A DNA stretch of 64,000 nt from Candidatus Omnitrophota bacterium (GCA_041650935.1 JBAZKH010000001.1:487936-551935), one strand, 5' to 3'. Counted from the first letter of the stretch, positions 1 through 9,412 are shown. The notes: generated from the letters alone by a model not told the origin. A program made the numbers and translations.

Positions 1-364
1 CGCGGTCCCGGACGGCAAGCTGGGCGAGATGCTCCGGTTTTATGCCGGATCTTTTAAGACGACGGGCCTTGACCATATCGTCTTCGGACACATAGGCGAA
101 AATCACCTTCACGCTAATAGTATGCCTAAATCCCCGGAAGAAGCCGTCGCGGCCGAAAGATTGTCCATTGAATTTGCAAAAAAAGGCGTATCCCTGGGAG
201 GGACCGTTTCTGCGGAGCACGGTATAGGGAAGTTAAAGCATAAATATCTCGAAGTCATGTATGGCAGAAAAGGGATGGCCGATATGGCAAGGATAAAGAA
301 GGCCTTCGATCCCGCCTGCATTTTGGGGCTGGACAATATATTCCCCCGGGAGCTTTTAACTTGA
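1..364 (+). CDS. FAD-linked oxidase (glycolate oxidase/D-lactate dehydrogenase-like), C-terminal fragment. The 5' part lies before the window
   Basis: Translation contains the FAD-oxidase C-terminal signature region (..HIGENHLHAN.., ..SAEHGIGKLK..). The ORF is open to position 1. Confidence 0.7.
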   Translation, partial: AVPDGKLGEMLRFYAGSFKTTGLDHIVFGHIGENHLHANSMPKSPEEAVAAERLSIEFAKKGVSLGGTVSAEHGIGKLKHKYLEVMYGRKGMADMARIKKAFDPACILGLDNIFPRELLT

Positions 365-388
365 ATTTTTCCGTTTTAGCGGTATAAT
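361..388 (+). promoter_or_regulatory. sigma70-like promoter TTGAAT-N16-TATAAT upstream of the glycine-zipper gene
   Basis: Near-consensus -35/-10 hexamers with a 16-nt spacer about 40 nt upstream of the ATG at 429. A Shine-Dalgarno-like CAGGAGGAG precedes the start. Confidence 0.5.
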
Positions 389-428
389 CTAGTATCGATT
401 ATGATCCCAAATTTCAGGAGGAGCTAAC

Positions 429-1118
429 ATGAATATACGCGGATTGACGGCGTGGGCCGTGGCAATTTTATTAATGGTAACGGTTGCGGCCGGCGGCGCA
501 TACTGTCAGGATGATGATGCGACGCGCAACTTATTGAAGCAAGGCCTGCTTGGAGCCGGCACAGGAGCGATCGCGGCAGGCGCTTCAGGCGGCGATGCCG
601 GCAAAGGCGCTCTGATCGGCGCCGGGACAGGCGCGATAGGCGGCATCCTGCTGGATGCTATAACTACTCCTCAGCGTTCCTCTTCCAGACGCGCGGCGCC
701 GGCGCAGGATGATTATTATTACGAGGATCAGGCCGAAGAGGAATACTACGAAGAGCCTGCCCAGGAATCCTCTACGCAGAAAGTATTGAAGCAGGGCCTG
801 CTTGGCGCGGGCACCGGAGCGATCGCGGCCGGCGCATCGGGCGGTAACGCAGGGCAGGGCGCTCTGATCGGGGCCGGGACGGGCGTGATCGGCGGAGCGC
901 TTCTCGATGCTATAACTACGCCATCACAACCGAAAAGGGTATATCGCCGCAAGGCATCACAGCCGGCCAGGCAGACTCAGGCGCAGTACCAGCCGCCGGC
1001 GCAGCAGCAGAATATACAGGTCCAGGAAGAGCAGGTGCCGGAAGGCGGCAAGAAGAAGATAGTTAAACATTACGACGCGACAGGTAAGCTGGTCTCCGAA
1101 GAAGAGATATATTATTAG
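429..1118 (+). CDS. secreted/membrane glycine-zipper protein with an internal ~140-bp duplication and an acidic Tyr-rich linker
   Basis: N-terminal hydrophobic signal. Two near-identical GAGTGAIAAGASGG..GALIGAGTG..IGG..LDAITTP segments (nt ~532-670 and ~786-925). Gly-zipper GxxxG periodicity. Confidence 0.6.
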   Translation: MNIRGLTAWAVAILLMVTVAAGGAYCQDDDATRNLLKQGLLGAGTGAIAAGASGGDAGKGALIGAGTGAIGGILLDAITTPQRSSSRRAAPAQDDYYYEDQAEEEYYEEPAQESSTQKVLKQGLLGAGTGAIAAGASGGNAGQGALIGAGTGVIGGALLDAITTPSQPKRVYRRKASQPARQTQAQYQPPAQQQNIQVQEEQVPEGGKKKIVKHYDATGKLVSEEEIYY

Positions 1119-1139
1119 CCAAAGCAGTGTAGATTCAAA

Positions 1140-1187
1140 AGAAGCCTCCCTCTATCCGACATGATCCAGATGGAGGCTTTTTTTTGG
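1140..1187 (+). terminator. rho-independent terminator (GAAGCCTCC...GGAGGCTTTTTTTT)
   Basis: GC hairpin followed by a T8 run immediately after the stop of 429..1118. Confidence 0.6.
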
Positions 1188-1200
1188 AGCGGATAAGGGT

Positions 1201-1758
1201 ATGCGCAAAGAACTTAAACTGATACAGATATCCGTTTTGGCCCTCGCGCTTCTGGTATACGCAGGCTCACGGTTCCTGATGACTTCGCACAGGCCTGCGG
1301 CAGAGCCTGCTAAGGAAGAAACGGTCTTTGTCGCAAAGGCGGTAGACGGCGATACTCTGAAGCTATCCGACGGCAGGCGGGTTCGGTTGCTGGGCGTAGA
1401 TACGCCGGAATTGCACTATAGTGAAAAACTGCTGCGGGATGCCAGGAGGAGCCGCAAGGATATCAAAGCTATCCAAGGTATGGGCGAGCGCGCAGCGGAT
1501 TTTACGCGCCGGCTATGCGAAGGGAAGCGTATACGTATCGAAACGGATATCCGGCGGCTCGACAAATACGGCAGGCTTCTCGCATATGCTTATCTAGACG
1601 ACGGGACATTCGTAAATGCTAAAATACTGGAAGAGGGTTATGGCCAGGTGATGACCATACCGCCGAATGTAAAACATGCCGATTATTTTATGAAGTTACA
1701 GCAGGAAGCCAGGGAGCGCGGCAAAGGCCTCTGGGGCGGATCGGATTCCTTATTCTAA
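1201..1758 (+). CDS. thermonuclease / staphylococcal-nuclease (SNase)-like secreted nuclease
   Basis: N-terminal TM/signal. SNase fold signature in the translation (..VDGDTLKL..RVRLLGVDTPE.., ..YGRLLAYAYL.DG..VN..ILEEGYG..). Confidence 0.8.
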   Translation: MRKELKLIQISVLALALLVYAGSRFLMTSHRPAAEPAKEETVFVAKAVDGDTLKLSDGRRVRLLGVDTPELHYSEKLLRDARRSRKDIKAIQGMGERAADFTRRLCEGKRIRIETDIRRLDKYGRLLAYAYLDDGTFVNAKILEEGYGQVMTIPPNVKHADYFMKLQQEARERGKGLWGGSDSLF

Positions 1759-1820
1759 GATCCCGTATTTTGTGTGCATATTATTGAAGTTCGCCGGGAA
1801 GTGGTATATACTATGACGAT

Positions 1821-2747
1821 ATGGATAAAATAAAATATAATAGAGAGATAGGGCTCGTGGAGCCTGTTATGCTGGCCGGGTGGCCGGGAATGGGCAGTGT
1901 AGCGCTCGGTGTGGTCGATTATCTCCAGCGTAAGCTTAATGCCGTGAAGTTCGCCGAGATCGAGGTCGATCCTATGTCGATAATCGATTCGGTGACCGTC
2001 GACGAAGGTCTCGCGGCATTCGGGCCCATGCCCAAGAATACGTTCTATTATACGAAAAAACCAGATATGATCATATTTAAAGGCGAGGCCCAACTGCCCG
2101 GAACCGAGGGGATCGTCCTTTTGGAAGAAGTGCTGGACCTTGCTTTAAAATTTAAGGTGAAGAGGATGTATACGGGCGCGGCCTTTCCGGTGCCGCTCAG
2201 CCATAAAGAACCGCCGCAGGTCTATTCGGCGGTCAATACGCGGCAGCTGCGTGAGCCGTTAAGGCGATTTGGACTGGCTCCCATGGAAAACGGCCACATA
2301 TCCGGACTTAACGGACTTCTTCTGGGTTTCGCCGGGAAAAAACATCTCGACGCAGTCTGTCTTCTTGCAACTATGCCGCAATATGCAATAAGCCTTCCCA
2401 ACCCCAAAGCTTCGCTGGCAATCATCGAAGTCTTACAGAAGATACTCGGATTCAGGGTAGATACCGCCGAGCTGAACGAATATATAAAAGAGATGGACGA
2501 AAAGATGGCCATAATCGAAGACAGGGTAAAGGATGTCATGGCTATTGAAGTCAAAGGACCCGAGCAGCGCTCACCCGCTACTAAAAAAACGGTTCCGCCT
2601 TATATAATGGAGAAGATAGAAAAGCTCTTTACCGAGGCCGCGAGCGATAAAGCGAAGGCGATATTGCTCAAGGGCGAACTGGACAGGTGGGATCTTTACA
2701 AGGCGTATGAGGACAGGTTCCTGGACCTATTCCGGGAAAATCAGTAG
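1821..2747 (+). CDS. PAC2 (proteasome-assembly-chaperone-2-like) family protein
   Basis: N-terminal L(A)GWPGMGSVA motif typical of PAC2/DUF75 proteins. ~300 aa with no TM. Confidence 0.45.
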   Translation: MDKIKYNREIGLVEPVMLAGWPGMGSVALGVVDYLQRKLNAVKFAEIEVDPMSIIDSVTVDEGLAAFGPMPKNTFYYTKKPDMIIFKGEAQLPGTEGIVLLEEVLDLALKFKVKRMYTGAAFPVPLSHKEPPQVYSAVNTRQLREPLRRFGLAPMENGHISGLNGLLLGFAGKKHLDAVCLLATMPQYAISLPNPKASLAIIEVLQKILGFRVDTAELNEYIKEMDEKMAIIEDRVKDVMAIEVKGPEQRSPATKKTVPPYIMEKIEKLFTEAASDKAKAILLKGELDRWDLYKAYEDRFLDLFRENQ

Positions 2748-2764
2748 CGCTAACCTTACCCCTG

Positions 2765-3979
2765 ATGCTTAAAAAATCCGTAACGGTAATAATATCGGTT
2801 CTCGTTGTAGTGCTGGCGGTTATTTTCATCTACCGTTACCAGATCCTGCAATATACCTCCGAAGCTTTCATAAGGCAGAATCTCCCCGGCTATGTAAAGA
2901 TAGATAGCATGAAATTCGATTTCCGGAAAGGGGAGGCTTTTCTCGGCGGCGTCAAGATCCTGAATCCTGCCGGATTTTCTAAGGAATATCTCATAGAAAT
3001 ATCCCGCGTGACATGCCGGTATAAACTTAAGGGTAAGACCCTTTTTGACGGGCTCGAGCTGTTCGATTCCGTGATAAGCGGCGCTGTCCTGGATATCGAG
3101 CGGCTTGATGACGGAAGGTTGAATTTGTCCGAAGCGGGAGCGTTAATCGCTAAAAAAACTTCCAGGGCTTCCTCCAAAAAGAAAGCGGACTATAGCGCGC
3201 CTGCGCAAAACAGCGGCATGGTGCCTGCGCCGCCGCAGGCGCCCGAAAAAAGTAATCCCGGAGAACTTATCAAACTGCCGGAAAACTTCAGGATCAAAGA
3301 CGCGAAGATACTTTTTATAGATAGTTTCGTCCGGTCCAAACCCCGCATGATCACATTCGAGGATATCAATGGCGATGTCAACGTAATGATGGACGAGCAT
3401 TACACGAGAATACTGGCTCTTGATACTACCGGCGAAGGAAACATTAATGGCGACATGGGCCAGGTCTTAAAATGGAAAATAGCCCTGGATACCACGACAC
3501 CCAGGCTTACTATGGCCAACAGGTTCGATGTTACCGATGTCGCGATAACGCCTTTCGAACCTTATTATGATAAATATTCGCCGCTCGTCTTCAAGGCCGG
3601 CAGGGTCTCCGGGCTCTTCATATTCGATTTCAATAATGGCGCGATAGGTTCTAGCAATGAATTGCGGCTTTCCGGGATAAAGTTTCATGTCAAGCAGGGT
3701 TATGAAAATGCGGTGTTCTGGGAGACTACCGTGCCCGACATCGTCAAGTACTTTACGACATCGTATGGTGAGATAGTCTTAGATTTCAAGATAAAAGGGG
3801 ATATGTCCGATCCGAAATTTTTCCTGGGGCCCAGGTCCAAAGAGGCGCTCGTCTCTATGGCCGTAGATAAGATATCTGCGGCCATCGCGGAGAATGCGGA
3901 TGGCGGCGGCAAGGCCAAGGACGATATCGAAAAGATGAAGGGTTATATCGACCTTTTCAAACAATTAACGAAAAAGTAG
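2765..3979 (+). CDS. hypothetical N-terminally membrane-anchored periplasmic protein (AsmA/DUF748-like, tentative)
   Basis: One N-terminal TM helix followed by a long soluble domain. No catalytic motif recognised. Confidence 0.3.
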   Translation: MLKKSVTVIISVLVVVLAVIFIYRYQILQYTSEAFIRQNLPGYVKIDSMKFDFRKGEAFLGGVKILNPAGFSKEYLIEISRVTCRYKLKGKTLFDGLELFDSVISGAVLDIERLDDGRLNLSEAGALIAKKTSRASSKKKADYSAPAQNSGMVPAPPQAPEKSNPGELIKLPENFRIKDAKILFIDSFVRSKPRMITFEDINGDVNVMMDEHYTRILALDTTGEGNINGDMGQVLKWKIALDTTTPRLTMANRFDVTDVAITPFEPYYDKYSPLVFKAGRVSGLFIFDFNNGAIGSSNELRLSGIKFHVKQGYENAVFWETTVPDIVKYFTTSYGEIVLDFKIKGDMSDPKFFLGPRSKEALVSMAVDKISAAIAENADGGGKAKDDIEKMKGYIDLFKQLTKK

Positions 3980-3985
3980 GAGCGG

Positions 3986-5218
3986 TTGTTGGAAAAACTT
4001 TCGCGGAACTTCACATGGCTCGCCGCTACGAACATCGTGAGCAGTCTCTTCGGCACGGTCCTCTTTATATATCTTGCCAGGGTATTGGGGCCGGACTCTT
4101 TCGGATATCTATCTTATGCCCTTACCATAATGTTCTTCCTGGCCAATTTCGTGGACATGGGGCTGTCTACTTACGGCATACGGGAGATAGCAAAGAACCG
4201 GGAGCGTCTTTTCGATTATACCGCGGAGATAGTCTCCTTTCGACTTTTAGCGGCGAGCCTTTTTTTCTTCCTGCTGGTGGCTGCGACGCTGCTCTCCCCG
4301 TATTCGGCTATTCTTAAAAGCGTTATCATCCTGACATCCCTTATGTTATTCACGTTTGCCCTGGGCACAGAATGGGCCTTCCAGGGCGTGGAGAAGATGG
4401 GGATGGTCTTCCTGTCATTTGCCGTCGCTTCCGTCCTTCAACTGGGGCTCACGTATCTATTTGTCAAAAAACCAGGGGATTTGCTGCGGGCTCCCGTTAT
4501 ATATTTTGTATCCACGCTTCCGATCCTGTTTATTTACCTCAGGATCCTCAGGTTCAGGATACTGCTCAAAATCGACGATCTGAAGAAGATGTTTTCGTAC
4601 CTGTCGAGTTCGCTCGTTATATGGTCGATATCTATATTTGCGCAGGTCTATAACGGGCTCGATATATTTATCGTGGGCCTGTTCCGCCCGATACAGGAGG
4701 TCGGATATTTTACGATTGCCCGCAGGGTGGTAGGGGCATTCATACTATTTATGGTATTTTTGACGAACGCGGTTTTGCCGCGCCTCTCGCATACCTTTAA
4801 CGGCGATCCGGCGCTTTTCCGGGAAACGACGCGCAGGTTTTTAAAGCTGGGAGCTGTCCTTACCGTCTTCGTACTTCTGCCGGGCATCTTTATATGCGAA
4901 AAGGTTGTGCTATTCGCGGTAGGGAGCGAATACGTATCCGCGGTCGTCCCGCTCAATATCATGATAGTCGGTCTCGTATTTGTGCTATTCAACCTTCCGT
5001 ACTCCACGGGCCTGATAGCATGCGGCATGGAGAAAGACGTGATGATACAGACCGCGGCAAGCGCTGTGCTCAGCTTATTATTAAACTTTATAATTATTCC
5101 AAAATATGGTATTATTGGAGCTTCGGTATCGTTTACTATTGTCGAGATATTCGCTTTCGTGTGGATATTCTGGATATATGAAACGAAGATCCAGCACGCC
5201 TGGCGGCGCGGCAGTTGA
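3986..5218 (+). CDS. Wzx-like oligosaccharide flippase / polysaccharide biosynthesis protein (MOP superfamily)
   Basis: ~12 predicted TM helices. N-terminal ..LARVLGP..FG.. motif characteristic of Wzx/PST-family transporters. TTG start as annotated in the ORF track. Confidence 0.65.
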   Translation: MLEKLSRNFTWLAATNIVSSLFGTVLFIYLARVLGPDSFGYLSYALTIMFFLANFVDMGLSTYGIREIAKNRERLFDYTAEIVSFRLLAASLFFFLLVAATLLSPYSAILKSVIILTSLMLFTFALGTEWAFQGVEKMGMVFLSFAVASVLQLGLTYLFVKKPGDLLRAPVIYFVSTLPILFIYLRILRFRILLKIDDLKKMFSYLSSSLVIWSISIFAQVYNGLDIFIVGLFRPIQEVGYFTIARRVVGAFILFMVFLTNAVLPRLSHTFNGDPALFRETTRRFLKLGAVLTVFVLLPGIFICEKVVLFAVGSEYVSAVVPLNIMIVGLVFVLFNLPYSTGLIACGMEKDVMIQTAASAVLSLLLNFIIIPKYGIIGASVSFTIVEIFAFVWIFWIYETKIQHAWRRGS

Positions 5219-5240
5219 AAAATAAACAAGGAGAGGGAAG

Positions 5241-5411
5241 ATGATCGAAAGAAGCGAGTATAAGGGTAAGCCTGTATTGATAATCAAGCGGGACGAGAAC
5301 GACAAGTATCCGTTTGCTTTCGGGATCAGTAAGGCGAAGATGATCCTGGAAAATCTGGAAGAGATAAAAAGGTTTGTCGAAGATAACGACAAGGCCGCCG
5401 ATCAGCAATAA
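5241..5411 (+). CDS. small hypothetical protein (56 aa), not in the ORF track
   Basis: Strong SD AAGGAGAGGGAAG 5 nt upstream of ATG. Uninterrupted 56-codon ORF MIERSEYKGKPVLIIKRDEND.. Confidence 0.4.
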   Translation: MIERSEYKGKPVLIIKRDENDKYPFAFGISKAKMILENLEEIKRFVEDNDKAADQQ

Positions 5412-5437
5412 TCTTAAAGAACGGTTGTCCCGATAAT

Positions 5438-5620
5438 ATGTGGGTAATATACGCTTTACTATCCGCTTTTTTTGTTGCGACAACCGATCCGGTTGCCAAG
5501 AAGGCTTTGAAAAACGGCGTTGATGAGTATATCATAGGTTGGGCTATGGTCTTCTTTTCAACGCCGTTTTTGGCTTTCTACTGCTTTAGCCATACCGTTA
5601 AGGCGTCGCGCTTGTAACTT
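5438..5620 (+). pseudogene. possible remnant of an EamA/DMT-family transporter (N-terminal 60 aa only)
   Basis: The translation resembles the first two TM helices of EamA-domain transporters (MWVIYALLSAFFVATTDPVAKKALK..). It then stops after 60 codons. The next ORF is in the +1 frame. Confidence 0.25.
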
Positions 5621-5627
5621 TGGGTTA

Positions 5628-5969
5628 GTGGTCATGAAAAGCTTTATTAAAAGGCTCATATTCTTTGCCGGATGGCTCCTCTCGCCGTTCACTTTCTGGA
5701 ACGACATATTTATCAATATACCGATCTCGTATCTATGCGCGAGCCTTTTTGTCCGGGTCTTTAAGGCAGACTTTCTCTTTATGACGCTTGTATTTTACTG
5801 GCTGAGCAATCTTCTCGGCGTGTTGATGATGTACACGGCCGGAAAGGATGTCCTGAAGGCAAAGAAGGTTGCCCGGGAACTTATTATCTTTTTAGCGGCC
5901 GTAGTTCTCTACAGCCTTATATTGATCATTCTGGGCAGGATCGGTATCCTCAAACCCGTTTTGAAATAG
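5628..5969 (+). CDS. hypothetical small polytopic membrane protein
   Basis: 113 aa with 3-4 hydrophobic helices. Confidence 0.35.
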   Translation: MVMKSFIKRLIFFAGWLLSPFTFWNDIFINIPISYLCASLFVRVFKADFLFMTLVFYWLSNLLGVLMMYTAGKDVLKAKKVARELIIFLAAVVLYSLILIILGRIGILKPVLK

Positions 5970-5994
5970 CCGGTATCGGTGATATAAAAAATTT

Positions 5995-7911
5995 ATGAGC
6001 TCAAACGCCGTTAAAAAGATATTAAGGATTGCCGTCCTGTGCATAATAGCAGTGTCGGCGCTTGCCGTATCGTATTTTCGTCTGCTCGATGATTTCGAAT
6101 CCGGAATCCTCGATCTCAGATTTCTCCTGCGCCCGGCCAAAGCCGCCCCGGCAGACAAAGTCGCGGTCATAGAGATAGGGGACGATAGCATAGCAAAACT
6201 CGGCCGCTTTCCGTTCGATCGGAATTACCACGCGATAGTCGCAACTGCCCTTTCGGAATTCGGCGCTAAGGCGATAGTTTTTGACGTGCTCTTCGGGAGT
6301 CCCCAGGAACACGACGCGGAGCTGGCAGAGGCCCTTAGGCAATCGGGCCGGGTATACCTTCCAACAGCTTTCGATATCGACAACGCGAATAAGTCGAATG
6401 TCATTACTGCCAAAGGTTACGCGAGCGAGTGTCTTCCCGATCTTGCCGCCAAGGCTAAGGGCACGGGTCATATAAACGTAGTGCCGGACCCCGACGGTAA
6501 ATTCAGGCGGGTCCCGTCGTATATAAAATATGATGGTAAGCTATACCCCAACCTCTCTTTCCTGGCCGCCTGCGATTATCTCGGCATTGACAGGAACGAC
6601 GTAAAGCTTTACCCCGGTAAATATATACGGTGCGCCGGCGGGCCGGTCATCCCGCTCGGCGAGAGATCCGAAATGATAATCAATTATTCCGGCAGGTGGG
6701 GTAAAGTATTCAGGCATTACTCATATGTAGATGTTATACAGTCGTATCTGGCGCCGGCAATAGGGCAGAAACCGATATTACAGCCCGATTATTTCAAAGG
6801 CAAAATCTGCATAATAGGCTTGAATACCACCGGAATGGACATCCATCCCAGTCCGTTCGAGCCGGTGTACCCCGGCGTAGGCATACACGCCGAAATACTT
6901 ACCTCGATAATAGACGGGGACTTCATAACGAGGATGTCGAGATGGTTTAACCTGATAGTCCTCATCTTATGTTGTGCCATTGTCTTATTTGTTACCTTTG
7001 CGACAAGGCCGGTCGCCGGGTTTCTGGCGCTTGCCGCATTGATATCAGTATTCACCGGGCTGTGCCTGGGCCTGTTCGATATCTACGGCATATGGCTCGA
7101 CGTAGTGTGCCCGATCCTGATAATGATATTGCTATACCTGTCGCTCACGCTCTGTAAGTATATATCCGAGTGGAAGAACAGGTTGAAGTCTGAATATGAG
7201 CTGGGTATGGCCAGGACGATACAGGAGAGCTTCCTGCCGAAGAATGTCCCGGAGGTCCGGGGGGCGGATATAAGAGCTGTAATGTTAACGGCGCGCCAGG
7301 TCGGCGGAGACCTGTATGAGTTCATTGAAATAGACAATGACAGGTTCGGCGTTATGATCGGCGACGTGTCCGGCAAAGGTGTTCCCGCGAGCCTGTTCAT
7401 GGCCATGGTAGTCGGCCAATTCAGATGTCTAAATGCCGTTAACCCCGATCCGCGCGAAACTATTTCGCGGCTGAACTCCAGGCTCGTCCGGGAATCCGCG
7501 TCGAACCTGTTCGTTACCATGCTCTACGCGATATTCGACTTTAAGAACAAGTCCGTCAGATTCGCTAACGGCGGACATCTCCCCATCCTATATATAGGTA
7601 AGGGCCAAAGCGCGGAATTTCTCGATGTGGACGAAGGGATGCCGCTCGGCCTTATGGATGGCGGATATTCGGAAAAGGCGGCGAGCTTTGGGGGTGGAGA
7701 TATCTTTATCTTTTATACGGACGGCGTTACTGAAGCGATGAATTCCCGCCGCGAGATGTATGGTAAGGAGCGGCTTGCCGCGATTGCCGGAAAGTATAAA
7801 GACCTTTCGGCGGAGGAGATCCTGGCAAATATCGAAAAGGATGTGCGGCGCTTCGAGCCGAGATCGAACCAGCACGATGATATAACCGCGATAGTAATCA
7901 AAATTGGCTAA
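5995..7911 (+). CDS. CHASE2 sensor domain-containing PP2C/SpoIIE-type serine phosphatase
   Basis: N-terminal TM, ~300-aa extracytoplasmic CHASE2-like region, TM cluster, then PP2C/SpoIIE motifs (..GGDLYEF..IGDVSGKGVPASL.., ..FYTDGVTEA..). Confidence 0.75.
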   Translation: MSSNAVKKILRIAVLCIIAVSALAVSYFRLLDDFESGILDLRFLLRPAKAAPADKVAVIEIGDDSIAKLGRFPFDRNYHAIVATALSEFGAKAIVFDVLFGSPQEHDAELAEALRQSGRVYLPTAFDIDNANKSNVITAKGYASECLPDLAAKAKGTGHINVVPDPDGKFRRVPSYIKYDGKLYPNLSFLAACDYLGIDRNDVKLYPGKYIRCAGGPVIPLGERSEMIINYSGRWGKVFRHYSYVDVIQSYLAPAIGQKPILQPDYFKGKICIIGLNTTGMDIHPSPFEPVYPGVGIHAEILTSIIDGDFITRMSRWFNLIVLILCCAIVLFVTFATRPVAGFLALAALISVFTGLCLGLFDIYGIWLDVVCPILIMILLYLSLTLCKYISEWKNRLKSEYELGMARTIQESFLPKNVPEVRGADIRAVMLTARQVGGDLYEFIEIDNDRFGVMIGDVSGKGVPASLFMAMVVGQFRCLNAVNPDPRETISRLNSRLVRESASNLFVTMLYAIFDFKNKSVRFANGGHLPILYIGKGQSAEFLDVDEGMPLGLMDGGYSEKAASFGGGDIFIFYTDGVTEAMNSRREMYGKERLAAIAGKYKDLSAEEILANIEKDVRRFEPRSNQHDDITAIVIKIG

Positions 7912-7932
7912 CCGGATTTTTATTTGATACTT

Positions 7933-7966
7933 GCAATTACTTAGAACCTTGTGTATAATCGTTGTA
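7933..7966 (+). promoter_or_regulatory. sigma70 promoter TTGCAA-N17-TGTGTATAAT (extended -10) for the HTH-MNT/HEPN operon
   Basis: Hexamers and a TGn extended -10 read directly from the sequence. Confidence 0.5.
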
Positions 7967-7999
7967 TAAACATACAACAATTGTTGTGTGTTTATACAA
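7962..7999 (+). promoter_or_regulatory. 19-bp-arm inverted repeat (TTGTATAAACATACAACAA / TTGTTGTGTGTTTATACAA). Candidate operator
   Basis: Near-perfect palindrome with one mismatch, overlapping the -10 and the start region of 8015..8602. This is typical of TA autoregulation. Confidence 0.5.
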
Positions 8000-8014
8000 T
8001 AAGGAATATATAAA

Positions 8015-8602
8015 ATGTCAGACTTTTTAAAGCTTACCAAATCGGATTTACGGCGGCGAGTGCTTTTATATTTCTTTACTAACCCCGATGAGGATTTGTA
8101 TCTGCGGGAAATAGCGGATATTTTGAAGATAGACCCTGGCAATCTTTCCCGGGAGTTAGAACGATTGAGAAAAGAAGGAATTTTTAATTCTAGGGAAAGG
8201 GGCAATCAAAAATATTTCGCACTCAATAAGAGACATCCTTTGTACGGAGAGCTCAGATCCGTTGTTTTTAAAACAATAGGCATAGAAGGTTGGCTTAAGA
8301 AAATCATTGGTGGCATAAAAAAGATAGAGATTGCCGCGATATACGGGTCTTTTGCTTCGGGGCATGAAAATTCGAAAAGCGATATAGATATTTTAATTAT
8401 AGGGGATCCTGATCAAGACGACCTGATGGAAAAGATTGAAAAGGTAGAAAAAGATGTGGCGAGAGAAATAAATTATAATATTTATTCACTAGATGATTTT
8501 TCCGAAAGAGTTAAGAAAAAAGACTCTTTTATCCGGAATATCCTTAAAGGACCGAAAATAATTTTGAAAGGGAGGTTAAATGAAATTCAAAGACTTAATT
8601 AG
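8015..8602 (+). CDS. wHTH-fused minimal nucleotidyltransferase (MNT) antitoxin-like protein
   Basis: N-terminal ArsR-like wHTH. Nucleotidyltransferase GS-x10-DxD motif (..YGSFASGHENSKSDIDILI..). Overlaps the downstream HEPN ORF by 23 nt. Confidence 0.7.
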   Translation: MSDFLKLTKSDLRRRVLLYFFTNPDEDLYLREIADILKIDPGNLSRELERLRKEGIFNSRERGNQKYFALNKRHPLYGELRSVVFKTIGIEGWLKKIIGGIKKIEIAAIYGSFASGHENSKSDIDILIIGDPDQDDLMEKIEKVEKDVAREINYNIYSLDDFSERVKKKDSFIRNILKGPKIILKGRLNEIQRLN

Positions 8603-9029
8603 TTCGGGTCAGCTCAAAGAGGAAAGCACTTCCAAACACAAACTGGTCGAATTTCTTACATTTGCCGAAAATGAAATTTCCGCGGCAAAATTTAATCTCG
8701 ACAAATTTTAACTTACGGCTTATAAGTCAGCATATGATGCTTTAATACATGCGGGTAACGCTCTTATAAGATACTACGGGTATCGCCCGACAACGAAATA
8801 TACGCACTCTACGATAACCGAATTTGTTGATAGGATATTCGGTAAGGAGTACGGAGATTTAGTGCGTAGTTTTAAGCGGATGCGACGTAAGAGGCATCCT
8901 TTGCAATATGACGCCATTTTCTCAGAATCCAAAGAAGATGTAAAGGCCGCTATTCTGAAATCAGAGAAATTAGTTAAAGAGATAGAGGGGCATATAAAAA
9001 TATCGCCTGATATGAAGCGTTTATTCTAG
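8580..9029 (+). pseudogene. HEPN-domain toxin-like gene interrupted by an in-frame TAA at 8709-8711
   Basis: Same reading frame before and after the TAA. The downstream part has HEPN-like helices and an R-x4-6-H motif (..RMRRKRHPLQYD..). Confidence 0.5.
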
Positions 9030-9102
9030 AGCTATAATAATCTAGAGAGAAGACGTGGCTAAGAAAAAAAGATATTTTTTCTCTGTAATCGAAGAAGGAA
9101 TA

Positions 9103-9318
9103 ATGAATCCCAAGTATAAAGATTATAGAGGCGGAAGAATAGAGGTTTATGACAGAAAGGATAAAACCGGTTATGCCATTTATGAAGCAAGATTTTTTAT
9201 CCCATCTGAATTTATAAATTCTTTCCGGGAAACGTGGGATTTTAAAGAATCCGACGGAATGCCTTTTATCCACTGGGATTACTCCGAGGTAAAAGATAGA
9301 AAGCGGAGAGCTAAATGA
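9103..9318 (+). CDS. hypothetical small protein (alternative GTG start at 9055)
   Basis: ORF with GAAGGA SD before the ATG at 9103. No recognisable domain. Confidence 0.3.
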   Translation: MNPKYKDYRGGRIEVYDRKDKTGYAIYEARFFIPSEFINSFRETWDFKESDGMPFIHWDYSEVKDRKRRAK

Positions 9319-9412
9319 TGCTGCTAGGTACCGTTTAGTATGTAAGCATGGCTACCAACGCAATTTTCAAGTCGTAATAGATTAGCATAGAGAAGTTCCC
9401 ACGACGATATTG

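Noticed and set aside
4648-5229. 193-aa minus-strand ORF and several 60-120-aa ORFs in 4015-5535
   Set aside because: They are antisense or out of frame within the Wzx-like flippase gene. There are no SD sequences or domain signatures.
8974-9273. 99-aa minus-strand ORF
   Set aside because: It is antisense to the small plus-strand ORF 9103..9318 and overlaps the upstream terminator region. There is no SD or motif.
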